Shown piece by piece: positions 49,404-58,093 of a stretch of DNA of 64,000 nt (positions within the stretch are counted from its first letter, which is position 1; each line of letters begins with the position of its first letter). The translations under genes and the position numbers were made by a program. The notes under the pieces are model-generated. The model was not told the origin of the DNA, made no database searches, and saw only the letters and a list, made by a program, of their open reading frames with translations. Where the stretch lies: assembly GCA_963837025.1 (NCBI GenBank), contig CAWILT010000001.1:745572-809571 (forward strand), in the 5' to 3' direction. This stretch comes from an uncultured Alphaproteobacteria bacterium (lineage in GTDB: Bacteria > Pseudomonadota > Alphaproteobacteria > Rickettsiales > JALZUV01).

Positions 49404-49676
49404 CTATTCAATCTCACCTTCAATTATTTCACCATTATGCAAAATAGCAGGATAATACTCCGCAGGCCCAGTTTTGGAATCGACAAGACCAGCCCATAAA
49501 AAACTAGCGATTATAAGCATCATGGTCGCAATAATCGTAATAAACCACGGACCATCGGTAATGGTTACAATGATATCGGTATGCCTCACTTTACGTTTTT
49601 GGTTAGCATACCAAAGCAAATACAGCGCGATGGGAATAAAAGCAGGCCAAAATTTAATTAATATATAGCGAATCAT
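49404..49676 (-). CDS. small membrane protein (two TM), function unknown
   Basis: The likely start is MIRYILIKFWPAFIPIALYLLWY (ATG 49676-49674), just downstream of the glnD stop. The longer track ORF would overlap glnD. Confidence 0.45.
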   Translation of the reverse strand: MIRYILIKFWPAFIPIALYLLWYANQKRKVRHTDIIVTITDGPWFITIIATMMLIIASFLWAGLVDSKTGPAEYYPAILHNGEIIEGEIE

Positions 49677-49680
49677 AGCG

Positions 49681-52296
49681 CTATAGTAGATGCTGCAACT
49701 GTTCGCGCAAGATTTCAAAAGATTCAGGGCTTAACTTCTGTTCATTTCGGGTTTGAACATAGAACACATCCACCACTTTTTCGCCATAAGTCGAAATATG
49801 TGAAGTGGAGATAACCAGTTGTGCCTGCGCGATTGTTTTCGTGACATAATAAAGCAAACCTCGCCGATCAATACATTGAATTTCAACCAAACTGTGAGTT
49901 TGGCTCGCATTATTATCTAATAAAATTTGAGGTTTTATGGCAAATACCTCGCGCGATATTGGATAGCGCGTTTCTGCCTCTAACAATGCTTTTTCTAAAT
50001 CAAGATCACCCGATAGAACTTGGTGAAGCTTAGCTTTCACTTTATCTTGCCGGCGCTCTTCAGCAAATAGTTGCCCACTTTCATTTTGAATAGCAAAGCG
50101 ATCAATAACGATATCATCGTAGCGGGTACATATTCGAGCATTGATAATATTAGCGCCACATACCGCCAATACGCCCGAAATTTGTGAGAATAATCCATCG
50201 CGGTTTGCCGTGGCAATGGTGACTTGCGTTATATTTTGTCGCTTATAGCTTTTAAAGCGTATTCCAAATTCTTCACCTGATTTAACGGCATACCAACAGG
50301 GGAAGATTCGGCTATGGGTTGCCACATCATAACCTTCTAACGATACCGTATCGGCGTTATCTACATAATTATGAATATCACGTGGATTCACGCGTGGTAA
50401 CTTAGCTTCTAAACTTGATTTAAGATCAATAACCGATGCAACTTCTTCTAAAACTTCACTTTTGGTTTCGTTTAGCTGGTGCTCGGTTTTATGATAAAGC
50501 GTTTCAAGCAGATCGCCTTTCCAGCTATTCCAAATATTGTTGGCAACTGCATGGATATCGGCAATTGTCATTACATATAAAATATTGAGTTGATCCACCG
50601 TTTGCACTTTTTTGGCAAAATCAGAGATGGTGTCGGCATCATCTAAATCGCGTTTAAACGCCACCATCGACATGGTTTGATGATGCTCAATCAACCAAGC
50701 CAGCGCTTTCATTTCAGCGTCATCAAAACCAAACTGCTTGGCTAATCGCAAACCAATTTGAATACCTTTTAGATGATGACTGCCACCCCTACCTTTTGCA
50801 ATATCATGACACAGCAATGCTAGATACATGACACGTCGCGCTTTAATTTGCGCGAATAAACCAGTAGCGAGCGGCACACTATCAGCCATCTGCCCTGCTT
50901 CCATCATATGTAAATAACCCACCGCATTTAAAATATGCTCATCAACCGTGTAGGTATGATATAAATCAAACTGCATTTGCCCCGACAACATTCCGAATTC
51001 GGGAATAAATTTGCCCAAAACGCCCGATTCATTCATACGTTTAAGCGTAGGAAGCGGATTATTTGTGTCTAATAATAACTGCAAGAAGTAATCATTAACG
51101 TGCTTTTGATTGCGATAGGCCGCGTTTATCAGCTTTAAATTGCGCGTAATCGTCTGCCACGCTGCCGGATGTATATCGATTTCTAAACGATGCAAAAACC
51201 AAAAAATACCAACTATTAATTCAGGTTTTTCTTTTACCGTATCAGAGGTTTCAAAATGCAAACGGTTAGAAATAATTTTCAAACCTTCTGGTAAAAGCTG
51301 TCGTTTCCAAAGTGCTTTTATACCCGTACGAGGCTGTTTGCCCCATTCTTCTTCAAGCAAAAAGCACAGAGTTCGCGTAAGCTGGCTTACAGTACGCGTT
51401 ACCTGAAAATAACGCTTCATAAAACGCTCAACCGATTGGTTTGCATCATGACGACCACGATACCCTAAACGTTCAGCAATTTGGCGCTGTACATCCAAGC
51501 TCATACGCTCTTCAGCACGGCCCGCAATTTGATGCAGATGCAGCCGCACCAGATGCAAAAATTTGCGCGCACGACGAAAATCCTTTAATTCCTCAGTGCT
51601 TATTTTGCCTAGCGCTTCAATTTCGCCCATTTTCTTCACATTATAACAGGCGCGCATTAGCCACATTAACAGCTGCAAATCGCGCAGGCCGCCCTTGCCT
51701 TCTTTGACGTTTGGTTCAAGCAACGCCCGTGAATCACCAAATTTTTGATGTCGCTCCGCGCGCTCAATTAATTTTGCTTCAATAAATTCACGCTCATGCC
51801 CTTTTACAATTTTACGTTCAAATTGCTCTAAGAACTGGTTAGCTAGCGCTTGGCTACCCGCAACGCGACGCGCTTCCAATAAATTGGTTCGGGTTTTCAT
51901 ATCATCAAGCGATTCACTTAATGCTTCATTCACGGTGCGCACCGAATGCCCAACTTTCAATTTTAAGTCCCAAAGAGTATATAAAATAGCGTTGATAACC
52001 GGCTCAGCAGCTTTGGAACCATTCGCGGGAACTAAAAACATGATATCTACATCAGAATGGAAAAACATTTCGCCTCGGCCATAGCCGCCAACCGCTAATA
52101 TTGATAATACGTTGCCGGTTTGCTTGGCATCTAAATAAAGCCGCATAATAAGTTTATCAATATGATTTGAATAACTTCGTATCGCTTTTCGACTTGATGG
52201 ATTGGCGGCAAATTCTTCAAATATCTCAGACAAAGCGCCTTGGTGAAACGAAATAATATAAGGGTTCGCAACCGCAGGTGAGGTTTGGTTAGGCAT
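49681..52296 (-). CDS. glnD: [protein-PII] uridylyltransferase / uridylyl-removing enzyme
   Basis: 871 aa with a nucleotidyltransferase domain (GGYGRGEMFFHSDVDI), an HD domain (LCHDIAKG) and two C-terminal ACT-like domains. Confidence 0.95.
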   Translation of the reverse strand: MPNQTSPAVANPYIISFHQGALSEIFEEFAANPSSRKAIRSYSNHIDKLIMRLYLDAKQTGNVLSILAVGGYGRGEMFFHSDVDIMFLVPANGSKAAEPVINAILYTLWDLKLKVGHSVRTVNEALSESLDDMKTRTNLLEARRVAGSQALANQFLEQFERKIVKGHEREFIEAKLIERAERHQKFGDSRALLEPNVKEGKGGLRDLQLLMWLMRACYNVKKMGEIEALGKISTEELKDFRRARKFLHLVRLHLHQIAGRAEERMSLDVQRQIAERLGYRGRHDANQSVERFMKRYFQVTRTVSQLTRTLCFLLEEEWGKQPRTGIKALWKRQLLPEGLKIISNRLHFETSDTVKEKPELIVGIFWFLHRLEIDIHPAAWQTITRNLKLINAAYRNQKHVNDYFLQLLLDTNNPLPTLKRMNESGVLGKFIPEFGMLSGQMQFDLYHTYTVDEHILNAVGYLHMMEAGQMADSVPLATGLFAQIKARRVMYLALLCHDIAKGRGGSHHLKGIQIGLRLAKQFGFDDAEMKALAWLIEHHQTMSMVAFKRDLDDADTISDFAKKVQTVDQLNILYVMTIADIHAVANNIWNSWKGDLLETLYHKTEHQLNETKSEVLEEVASVIDLKSSLEAKLPRVNPRDIHNYVDNADTVSLEGYDVATHSRIFPCWYAVKSGEEFGIRFKSYKRQNITQVTIATANRDGLFSQISGVLAVCGANIINARICTRYDDIVIDRFAIQNESGQLFAEERRQDKVKAKLHQVLSGDLDLEKALLEAETRYPISREVFAIKPQILLDNNASQTHSLVEIQCIDRRGLLYYVTKTIAQAQLVISTSHISTYGEKVVDVFYVQTRNEQKLSPESFEILREQLQHLL

Positions 52297-52365
52297 TATG
52301 TATCATACCAACTTGTCACAAAAGCGTAACGTGCTTTTTTCATAATTTTTGGATAGTATAACACG

Positions 52366-53394
52366 ATGAGTCAAACCGTATCTAAACGCACACCCAAAGA
52401 TATTATGTGGGACAAAGCTGTAGCCAGCAGTCACATTGATGATGTCTACAATGATTTTAGTAGAGATTTGCAAGTTAGGAAAAAAACAAACACCAATCCC
52501 AATGCGCATTTGTTTGACGAAGAAGATTACGAAAAAATGAATCCAGTCGCAAAAGCTGAGCGGAAACTCTACTCACTTTATGCAGGGCGCGACATTCAAA
52601 AACTATCTGATTTGACCCCTGCCGAAACACAAGATATTAATGCACGGCTTAAAGCACATTTTATTACACGCGATCCTGTCGCCTATATTGCAGTAGAGCA
52701 TGCTAAAAGCATTTTAGATAGCGGTTACAAAGCAGATGAAGTGGAAAATGGCACTACACTTGATAATTTAGCCGATGCGCTGCAAGTAAAACTTAAAGAG
52801 CATAAAATTGCGGGAAATCATAGTGAGATAGCCTCTACATTGCAGCAAAATATTGTGCAATATCTGCCTGAAGCCGAACATATTTTATTTAAAACCAATT
52901 TAGAATCTATTGATTTTGAAGCGCTAAAAAAACCTGATACGCCAAACCTTCTAACGCAAATCATTGCCAATAGCCATTTCCAAAAAAGCCCTGAAACACT
53001 TGATGCTTTTTATGAGGGTTTAGTTGTAACAGCTGAGCAGCCAAAGCAAAAAACGCATATAAACTTCTCATCAAATAGTCAGAATCAAAATCAATCCGAA
53101 AAAAAGGCTTTTGCCATTAGCGATAAAACACAAAGCATGGTTACCAATGTTACCATGGGTCTAATTGCAACGAATGCATTAGCTAGTCTCTTTTCAGACG
53201 GTGAAAAAACAACGCAAAAAGATAGCGAAACACAAGAACCTTCAAAAACAAAATTGGCGTTTCGCAAAGTGATTAGCGTTGCGGCAACGGTAGGTGTATT
53301 GGCAACAGCGGGCTTGTGGGCATATCGCGTGAGTCAAAATAACGGCCGCGATCTTTCACAATCCAATACCGCGAATGTTCCAGTACAGCGTTGA
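52366..53394 (+). CDS. hypothetical protein, tail-anchored (orphan)
   Basis: 342 aa, polar, with an N/Q-rich stretch and a single C-terminal TM (VISVAATVGVLATAGLWAY). I recognise no family. Confidence 0.45.
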   Translation: MSQTVSKRTPKDIMWDKAVASSHIDDVYNDFSRDLQVRKKTNTNPNAHLFDEEDYEKMNPVAKAERKLYSLYAGRDIQKLSDLTPAETQDINARLKAHFITRDPVAYIAVEHAKSILDSGYKADEVENGTTLDNLADALQVKLKEHKIAGNHSEIASTLQQNIVQYLPEAEHILFKTNLESIDFEALKKPDTPNLLTQIIANSHFQKSPETLDAFYEGLVVTAEQPKQKTHINFSSNSQNQNQSEKKAFAISDKTQSMVTNVTMGLIATNALASLFSDGEKTTQKDSETQEPSKTKLAFRKVISVAATVGVLATAGLWAYRVSQNNGRDLSQSNTANVPVQR

Positions 53395-53425
53395 AGTTAA
53401 CCTATAAAATCGATACACTCTTTTC

Positions 53426-54568
53426 ATGACTGATTTAAAAAATAAACAGATTTTATTCATTGGAACCGGCAATATGGGCTTGCCTGTGCTGCAAAGTATG
53501 ATGGCTGAATCTAACCGCATTTCAGCCAATAAACTCACCATTATCGCAGGTACTAGCGAGGGAAAAGATAGCGCAGCAGTAGAACAAATTTTATCTAAAT
53601 CAAAATTTAGCGGCGCGCCGCCCCAGATTACAAATTATCAATCGGTCAATATAGCGACTCAGAAAAAACCTGATATTATTGTGCTTGCTGTAAAACCTCA
53701 CATGGCACAAGCGGCTCTAACGCCATTGAAAGATCTTATTTCAGATGACACAATCATTATTTCAAGTGCAGCAGCATTAACGGCTGAATCAATTGAAAAA
53801 TACACACAAACTAAACCTAAAGTAGCACATATGATGCCGCATATTCCGCAAGTGGTTTGCGGTTATTATGGTCAGCACTCTAAAGCCAATGCCATTGCCC
53901 AACAAATTGGCCATCAATTAGGAGACCCTATTATGCATGATTCGCAAGAAAAAATGCACGCACATACCGCTATTGCAGGCTCAGGCCCTGCATTTGTGGC
54001 AGAATTTGTGGCGCATTATGATGCAGAGTTACAGCCTGTTGCTCGCAAATGGCTCAACGGATTTGCGTCAGGTAAATTTCCTAAAATTTACAAACATACT
54101 GATGAAGTTATTTCAAAAGAGGCGATGAATTTTTACAATAATTTTTTAGCAGCGAGTGTTGCTTTATTGGGCAATGAAACAGGCAACCAATTAACCGATG
54201 CTACCATCGCCGCTAGCTGCCGCGATATTGCCAACGCACCTGATTTAAAAGAATATATTGCATCGGTGCGTAGTGCACATGGCACCACCAATGCCGGATT
54301 ATTATGTATGGGCAATGCACCACCCGCTGAAGAAAAATTTGGCAATGTGGAAGAATTAGAGACGCAAAATGCGATGGCGAAAAAAGCGCTTATTAAATTT
54401 AAGACACCTGAAAAAGCGGTGGGTGCGGCTATTTTTGCGGCCACTGACCGCTGCGCTGCAATTTCTAATGGTAAGTTAAGCGCACTTGATGGAGTGTCGC
54501 TTTATGGGGCAGCCAAGAAGGCTGAGGCTGCTTTAAAAGAGCAACTATCCTCTAATAAATCTCGCTAA
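53426..54568 (+). CDS. divergent pyrroline-5-carboxylate reductase-like protein with insertions and a C-terminal extension
   Basis: It has ProC-like blocks: FIGTGNMG, VLAVKPH, HMMPHIP, AIAGSGPAF and SAHGTTNAGL. At 380 aa it is longer than my recollection of ~270 aa for canonical ProC. Confidence 0.6.
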   Translation: MTDLKNKQILFIGTGNMGLPVLQSMMAESNRISANKLTIIAGTSEGKDSAAVEQILSKSKFSGAPPQITNYQSVNIATQKKPDIIVLAVKPHMAQAALTPLKDLISDDTIIISSAAALTAESIEKYTQTKPKVAHMMPHIPQVVCGYYGQHSKANAIAQQIGHQLGDPIMHDSQEKMHAHTAIAGSGPAFVAEFVAHYDAELQPVARKWLNGFASGKFPKIYKHTDEVISKEAMNFYNNFLAASVALLGNETGNQLTDATIAASCRDIANAPDLKEYIASVRSAHGTTNAGLLCMGNAPPAEEKFGNVEELETQNAMAKKALIKFKTPEKAVGAAIFAATDRCAAISNGKLSALDGVSLYGAAKKAEAALKEQLSSNKSR

Positions 54569-54570
54569 AT

Positions 54571-54603
54571 AAAAAGGGCGCAGTTTGCACCGCGCCCTTT
54601 CAA
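54571..54603. terminator. bidirectional intrinsic terminator between the proC-like gene and tsf
   Basis: AAAAAGGGCGC-agtttgcacc-GCGCCCTTT. The GC stem is 6 bp (54576-81 with 54592-97), flanked by an A-run and a T-run. Confidence 0.55.
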
Positions 54604-54619
54604 AATGATATTCTACAAC

Positions 54620-55543
54620 TTAGCCATTAACAACTTTGGCAACTTCTTCTGCAAAATCTTCTTCTTTTTTCTCAACACCTTCGCCTAGTGTGAAACGACG
54701 GAAACCAGTAAGTGCGATAGGCGCACCCACTTCTTTTTCCGCTTCTTTCATAGCTTCGGCAACGGTGGCTTTGCCATCAAGCACAAAAACCTGTTCAGGC
54801 AAAACAATCTCTTCATAAAATTTACGAATACGACCTTCAACCATTTTCTCAGCGATTTCAGGTGTTTTACCCGAAGCAATCGATTGCTCTTTTAACACTT
54901 CACGCTCGCGATCTAAACGCTCAGCAGGCACTTCAGCGCGGGTTAGCGCTTCAGGACGAGCAGCCGCGATATGCATGGCCACTTGTTTGCCAAATGTTTC
55001 AAGCTTGGCTTTATCGCCGGTTGATTTTAACGCAACTAACACACCAATTTTGCCTAAGCCCGGCTTCACCGCTGTGTGAACATAAGGCACCACTACGCCA
55101 TCTTTTTCTTCAAGATAAGCAACGCGACGTAAATTGAGGTTTTCGCCAATGGTAGCAATGCCTTCATTTACATGTGCTTCAATGGTTGAACCTGCAACAT
55201 TTGAGGCTTTTAACGCATCAATATCTTCAACACCTGATTCCAACGCAGCATCTACAAATTTCTCAGCTAATTCTTGGAACTTATCGTTGCGCGCAACGAA
55301 GTCAGTCTCTGAGTTTAGCTCAATAATCGCACCTTTGGTTTCAGTGGTTTTAACGGCCACCAAACCTTCAGCTGCCACCCGGCCTGCTTTTTTCGCTGCC
55401 GCGGCTAAGCCCTTGGTGCGCAGCCAGTCAACTGCGGCATCAGTATCGCCTTTAGCTTCGACAAGCGCTTTTTTGCAATCCATCATGCCAGCACCGGTTG
55501 ATTCACGTAATTCTTTGATTTTTGCTGCAGTAATTTCAGCCAT
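54620..55543 (-). CDS. tsf: translation elongation factor Ts
   Basis: 307 aa with the N-terminus AEITAAKIKELRESTGAGMMDCKKAL (UBA-like) and a conserved core. Confidence 0.97.
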   Translation of the reverse strand: MAEITAAKIKELRESTGAGMMDCKKALVEAKGDTDAAVDWLRTKGLAAAAKKAGRVAAEGLVAVKTTETKGAIIELNSETDFVARNDKFQELAEKFVDAALESGVEDIDALKASNVAGSTIEAHVNEGIATIGENLNLRRVAYLEEKDGVVVPYVHTAVKPGLGKIGVLVALKSTGDKAKLETFGKQVAMHIAAARPEALTRAEVPAERLDREREVLKEQSIASGKTPEIAEKMVEGRIRKFYEEIVLPEQVFVLDGKATVAEAMKEAEKEVGAPIALTGFRRFTLGEGVEKKEEDFAEEVAKVVNG

Positions 55544-55581
55544 AATCTTCTCTCTTTTCTCTTTAATTCACATTCAACCGA

Positions 55582-56520
55582 CTAGGATGCTTTTTTAGCT
55601 TCCGCTTTGGCATCGTCTGCTTCATCAGTTTTTTCAACTTTGGCTTCTGGCTTTGCTTCGGCTTTGCCTTCTTCAGCTGCTTTTTTACGGCTTTTCTTTA
55701 CCACAACTTCAGCGCCTGCTTTAGCTTGCTTTGCTTCTTCAGCTTTTGCTTCGGTTGCAGCGGCTTTCGCTTCAGCGGCAGCAGCGGCTGGAAGTTCAGC
55801 ACTTTCACCTGCATCAGATGATTTTTTTGATACGCTGCTAGATAAACCATCAAGCGCTGCATCAGCAATTAAATTACAATATAAACGAATTGCCTTAGTT
55901 GCATCATCGTTACCCGGAATAGGGAATGTAATGTTTTCGATAGAGGAGTTACTGTCGACAATCGCAATCACAGGAATGCCAAGTTTAGCCGCTTCAGCAA
56001 TGGCCAAATCTTCACGATTAGTATCCACGATGAAAATTAAGCTAGGCTGGCCGCCCATCTCTTTAATACCGCCCAAAGAGCTTTCGAGTTTAATTTTTTG
56101 ACGTGAACGTTGTAGACGCTCTTTTTTCGTCAAATTTAAATCTTCGCGATCTACTTCTTCTTCAAGTTTGCGAAGCGTGCGGATTGAGTTTTGGATGGTG
56201 TTCCAGTTTGTCAACATGCCGCCCAACCAGCGTTGGTTCACGTAATATTGACCACAACGAACAGCAGATTCTGAAACAATATCACTCGCTTGGCGCTTGG
56301 TGCCTACGAATAAAATACGGCCATTATTAGCTACCGTTTCGCGCACAATCGCTAACGCTTGGTGAAGCAACGGAACAGTTTGTTGCAAATCGATAATATG
56401 AATATCGTTGCGCACGCCATAAAGATAAGGCGCCATTTTAGGGTTCCAACGACGGGTGCGGTGACCAAAGTGAACGCCCGCATCGATTAAATCATGCATA
56501 GAAAATTTAGGTAAAGCCAT
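55582..56520 (-). CDS. rpsB: 30S ribosomal protein S2, with a ~70-aa Ala/Lys/Glu-rich C-terminal tail
   Basis: The N-terminus is [19 protein letters not shown] and the core contains FVGTKRQA and WLGGMLTN. The tail is [25 protein letters not shown]... Confidence 0.97.
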   Translation of the reverse strand: MALPKFSMHDLIDAGVHFGHRTRRWNPKMAPYLYGVRNDIHIIDLQQTVPLLHQALAIVRETVANNGRILFVGTKRQASDIVSESAVRCGQYYVNQRWLGGMLTNWNTIQNSIRTLRKLEEEVDREDLNLTKKERLQRSRQKIKLESSLGGIKEMGGQPSLIFIVDTNREDLAIAEAAKLGIPVIAIVDSNSSIENITFPIPGNDDATKAIRLYCNLIADAALDGLSSSVSKKSSDAGESAELPAAAAAEAKAAATEAKAEEAKQAKAGAEVVVKKSRKKAAEEGKAEAKPEAKVEKTDEADDAKAEAKKAS

Positions 56521-56670
56521 TGCTTTTACTCCTGTTTACGGTTTCTTTCCTCCCAAGGGCGAAGCGTGAACTGGGTTAACAGTCACCGTAATGCGGCCCA
56601 AGGTGTGAAGTGAATAGCAGACAATCCGCCATCCCTGTGCGCTAGCAAATACGCTAAAAGCCCGCGCTTA

Positions 56671-57993
56671 TCAAGTAGTTTTTAACTTTTTAATCGCATC
56701 AACCAATGCATCATCGGAGAAATTCAAATGCACATCGCGCTGCGGGAATGGAATTCCAATATTATTTTCTTTAAAAATGTCCCACACTTTAAAATAAATT
56801 TCGCTAATAATATTGGATACTCCGTTGGACGGATCCTCAATCCACACGCGCAATTCTAAATCCACTGAATTATCTCCAAAACCGGTGATTAGACAGGCAG
56901 CAATGGGATTATCAAGCACCCTATCCACATCTTTAATCGCCTGTAACATTAATTTTCGCGCCTGATGTGGGTCAGCATTATAGGAAATGCCAACCGGAAT
57001 TTTGATGCGAACTGCCTTACTGCTGTAAGACCAGTTAATCACACGCTGGGTAATTAAATCTTCATTTGGAATCAAATGCTCTTTACCATCGCGCGTGATG
57101 ACGGAAACATGCCGGCCTGAAAGTTTATTAATCCAACCATAGGTATCGTCCAACTCAATCACATCACCTGGTTTAATGGAGCGATCAATTAACAAAATAA
57201 TGCCGGAGATGAAGTTAGAAACGATTTTTTGCAAACCAAAACCAATACCCACACCCACAGCACCTGAGAATACCGCAAGCGCAGTAATATCAATACCAAC
57301 CGAGCTAATACCAATTAAAATTACAAATGTGATGAGGGCAATTTTAATTAGTTTAATAAGCAGCACTTGCAAAGAAGGGGTGAGGCCTCCCACATTTCGA
57401 ATATAACGCTCACTTACATTTGAAAAGGATATAGCTGCCCAAAGCAAAAACCCTAAAGTAATCAAACCTTTGATAATCATTAATAACGAAATTTTCAAAT
57501 CACCTGCTGTAAAGGCAATCTCATCTAAAAATACTACAGTCGGATCTAACCAATCTAAGATATTTAACGCAGCAATCGTCCAGCCTGTAACCGCGATAAT
57601 GGTTGAAAAAACGGGATTTTTAACAAAGCTTGAAAAAAACCGGATTGCCACCCACGTGACCGTTAAATTCATAACAATTATAAGCAACCGATTATCAACG
57701 CCAAATTGCTCTAAAACAACAATCGTTATAAGCTGAAAAAACAACCAACTAATGGGCATTGCCAATTTACGCTTGGTTATTTCATAGGTTGAATCGCTTA
57801 AAAAGCGAATTTTTTGTAAGAGCGAACTAAATAAAGGCGTGAGTCGTTTAGCAACGAGCATTGCCATCATTAACGTAGCAAATAACAGCGCAATTTGGAT
57901 GAGTGTCTCACCAACAAAAAGCTGCGTATCAGCCCATTCAAGCAGCTGCTCACCCCATAATCGGTAATCTAATGATTCAATCCATTCTTGCAT
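56671..57993 (-). CDS. mechanosensitive ion channel family protein (MscS-like)
   Basis: 440 aa with multiple N-terminal TMs and the pore helix plus beta domain (GAVGVGIGFGLQKIVSNFISGIILL..RSIKPGD.I). Confidence 0.88.
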   Translation of the reverse strand: MQEWIESLDYRLWGEQLLEWADTQLFVGETLIQIALLFATLMMAMLVAKRLTPLFSSLLQKIRFLSDSTYEITKRKLAMPISWLFFQLITIVVLEQFGVDNRLLIIVMNLTVTWVAIRFFSSFVKNPVFSTIIAVTGWTIAALNILDWLDPTVVFLDEIAFTAGDLKISLLMIIKGLITLGFLLWAAISFSNVSERYIRNVGGLTPSLQVLLIKLIKIALITFVILIGISSVGIDITALAVFSGAVGVGIGFGLQKIVSNFISGIILLIDRSIKPGDVIELDDTYGWINKLSGRHVSVITRDGKEHLIPNEDLITQRVINWSYSSKAVRIKIPVGISYNADPHQARKLMLQAIKDVDRVLDNPIAACLITGFGDNSVDLELRVWIEDPSNGVSNIISEIYFKVWDIFKENNIGIPFPQRDVHLNFSDDALVDAIKKLKTT

Positions 57994-58093
57994 AAAGCTA
58001 TCATGCCGATAACCTTATTCGATGCAAGTTTTAAGCCTTCGCTTGTCATAAAAACTTAACACACGAAAACGCCTTGTCTGATATTATGAAACA

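Noticed and set aside
55134-56101. Two long plus-strand ORFs (154 aa and 164 aa) antisense to tsf and rpsB.
   Set aside because: Both are mirror images of highly conserved genes, the second of the Ala/Lys-rich S2 tail. They have low-complexity Ser/Ala composition and no independent support.
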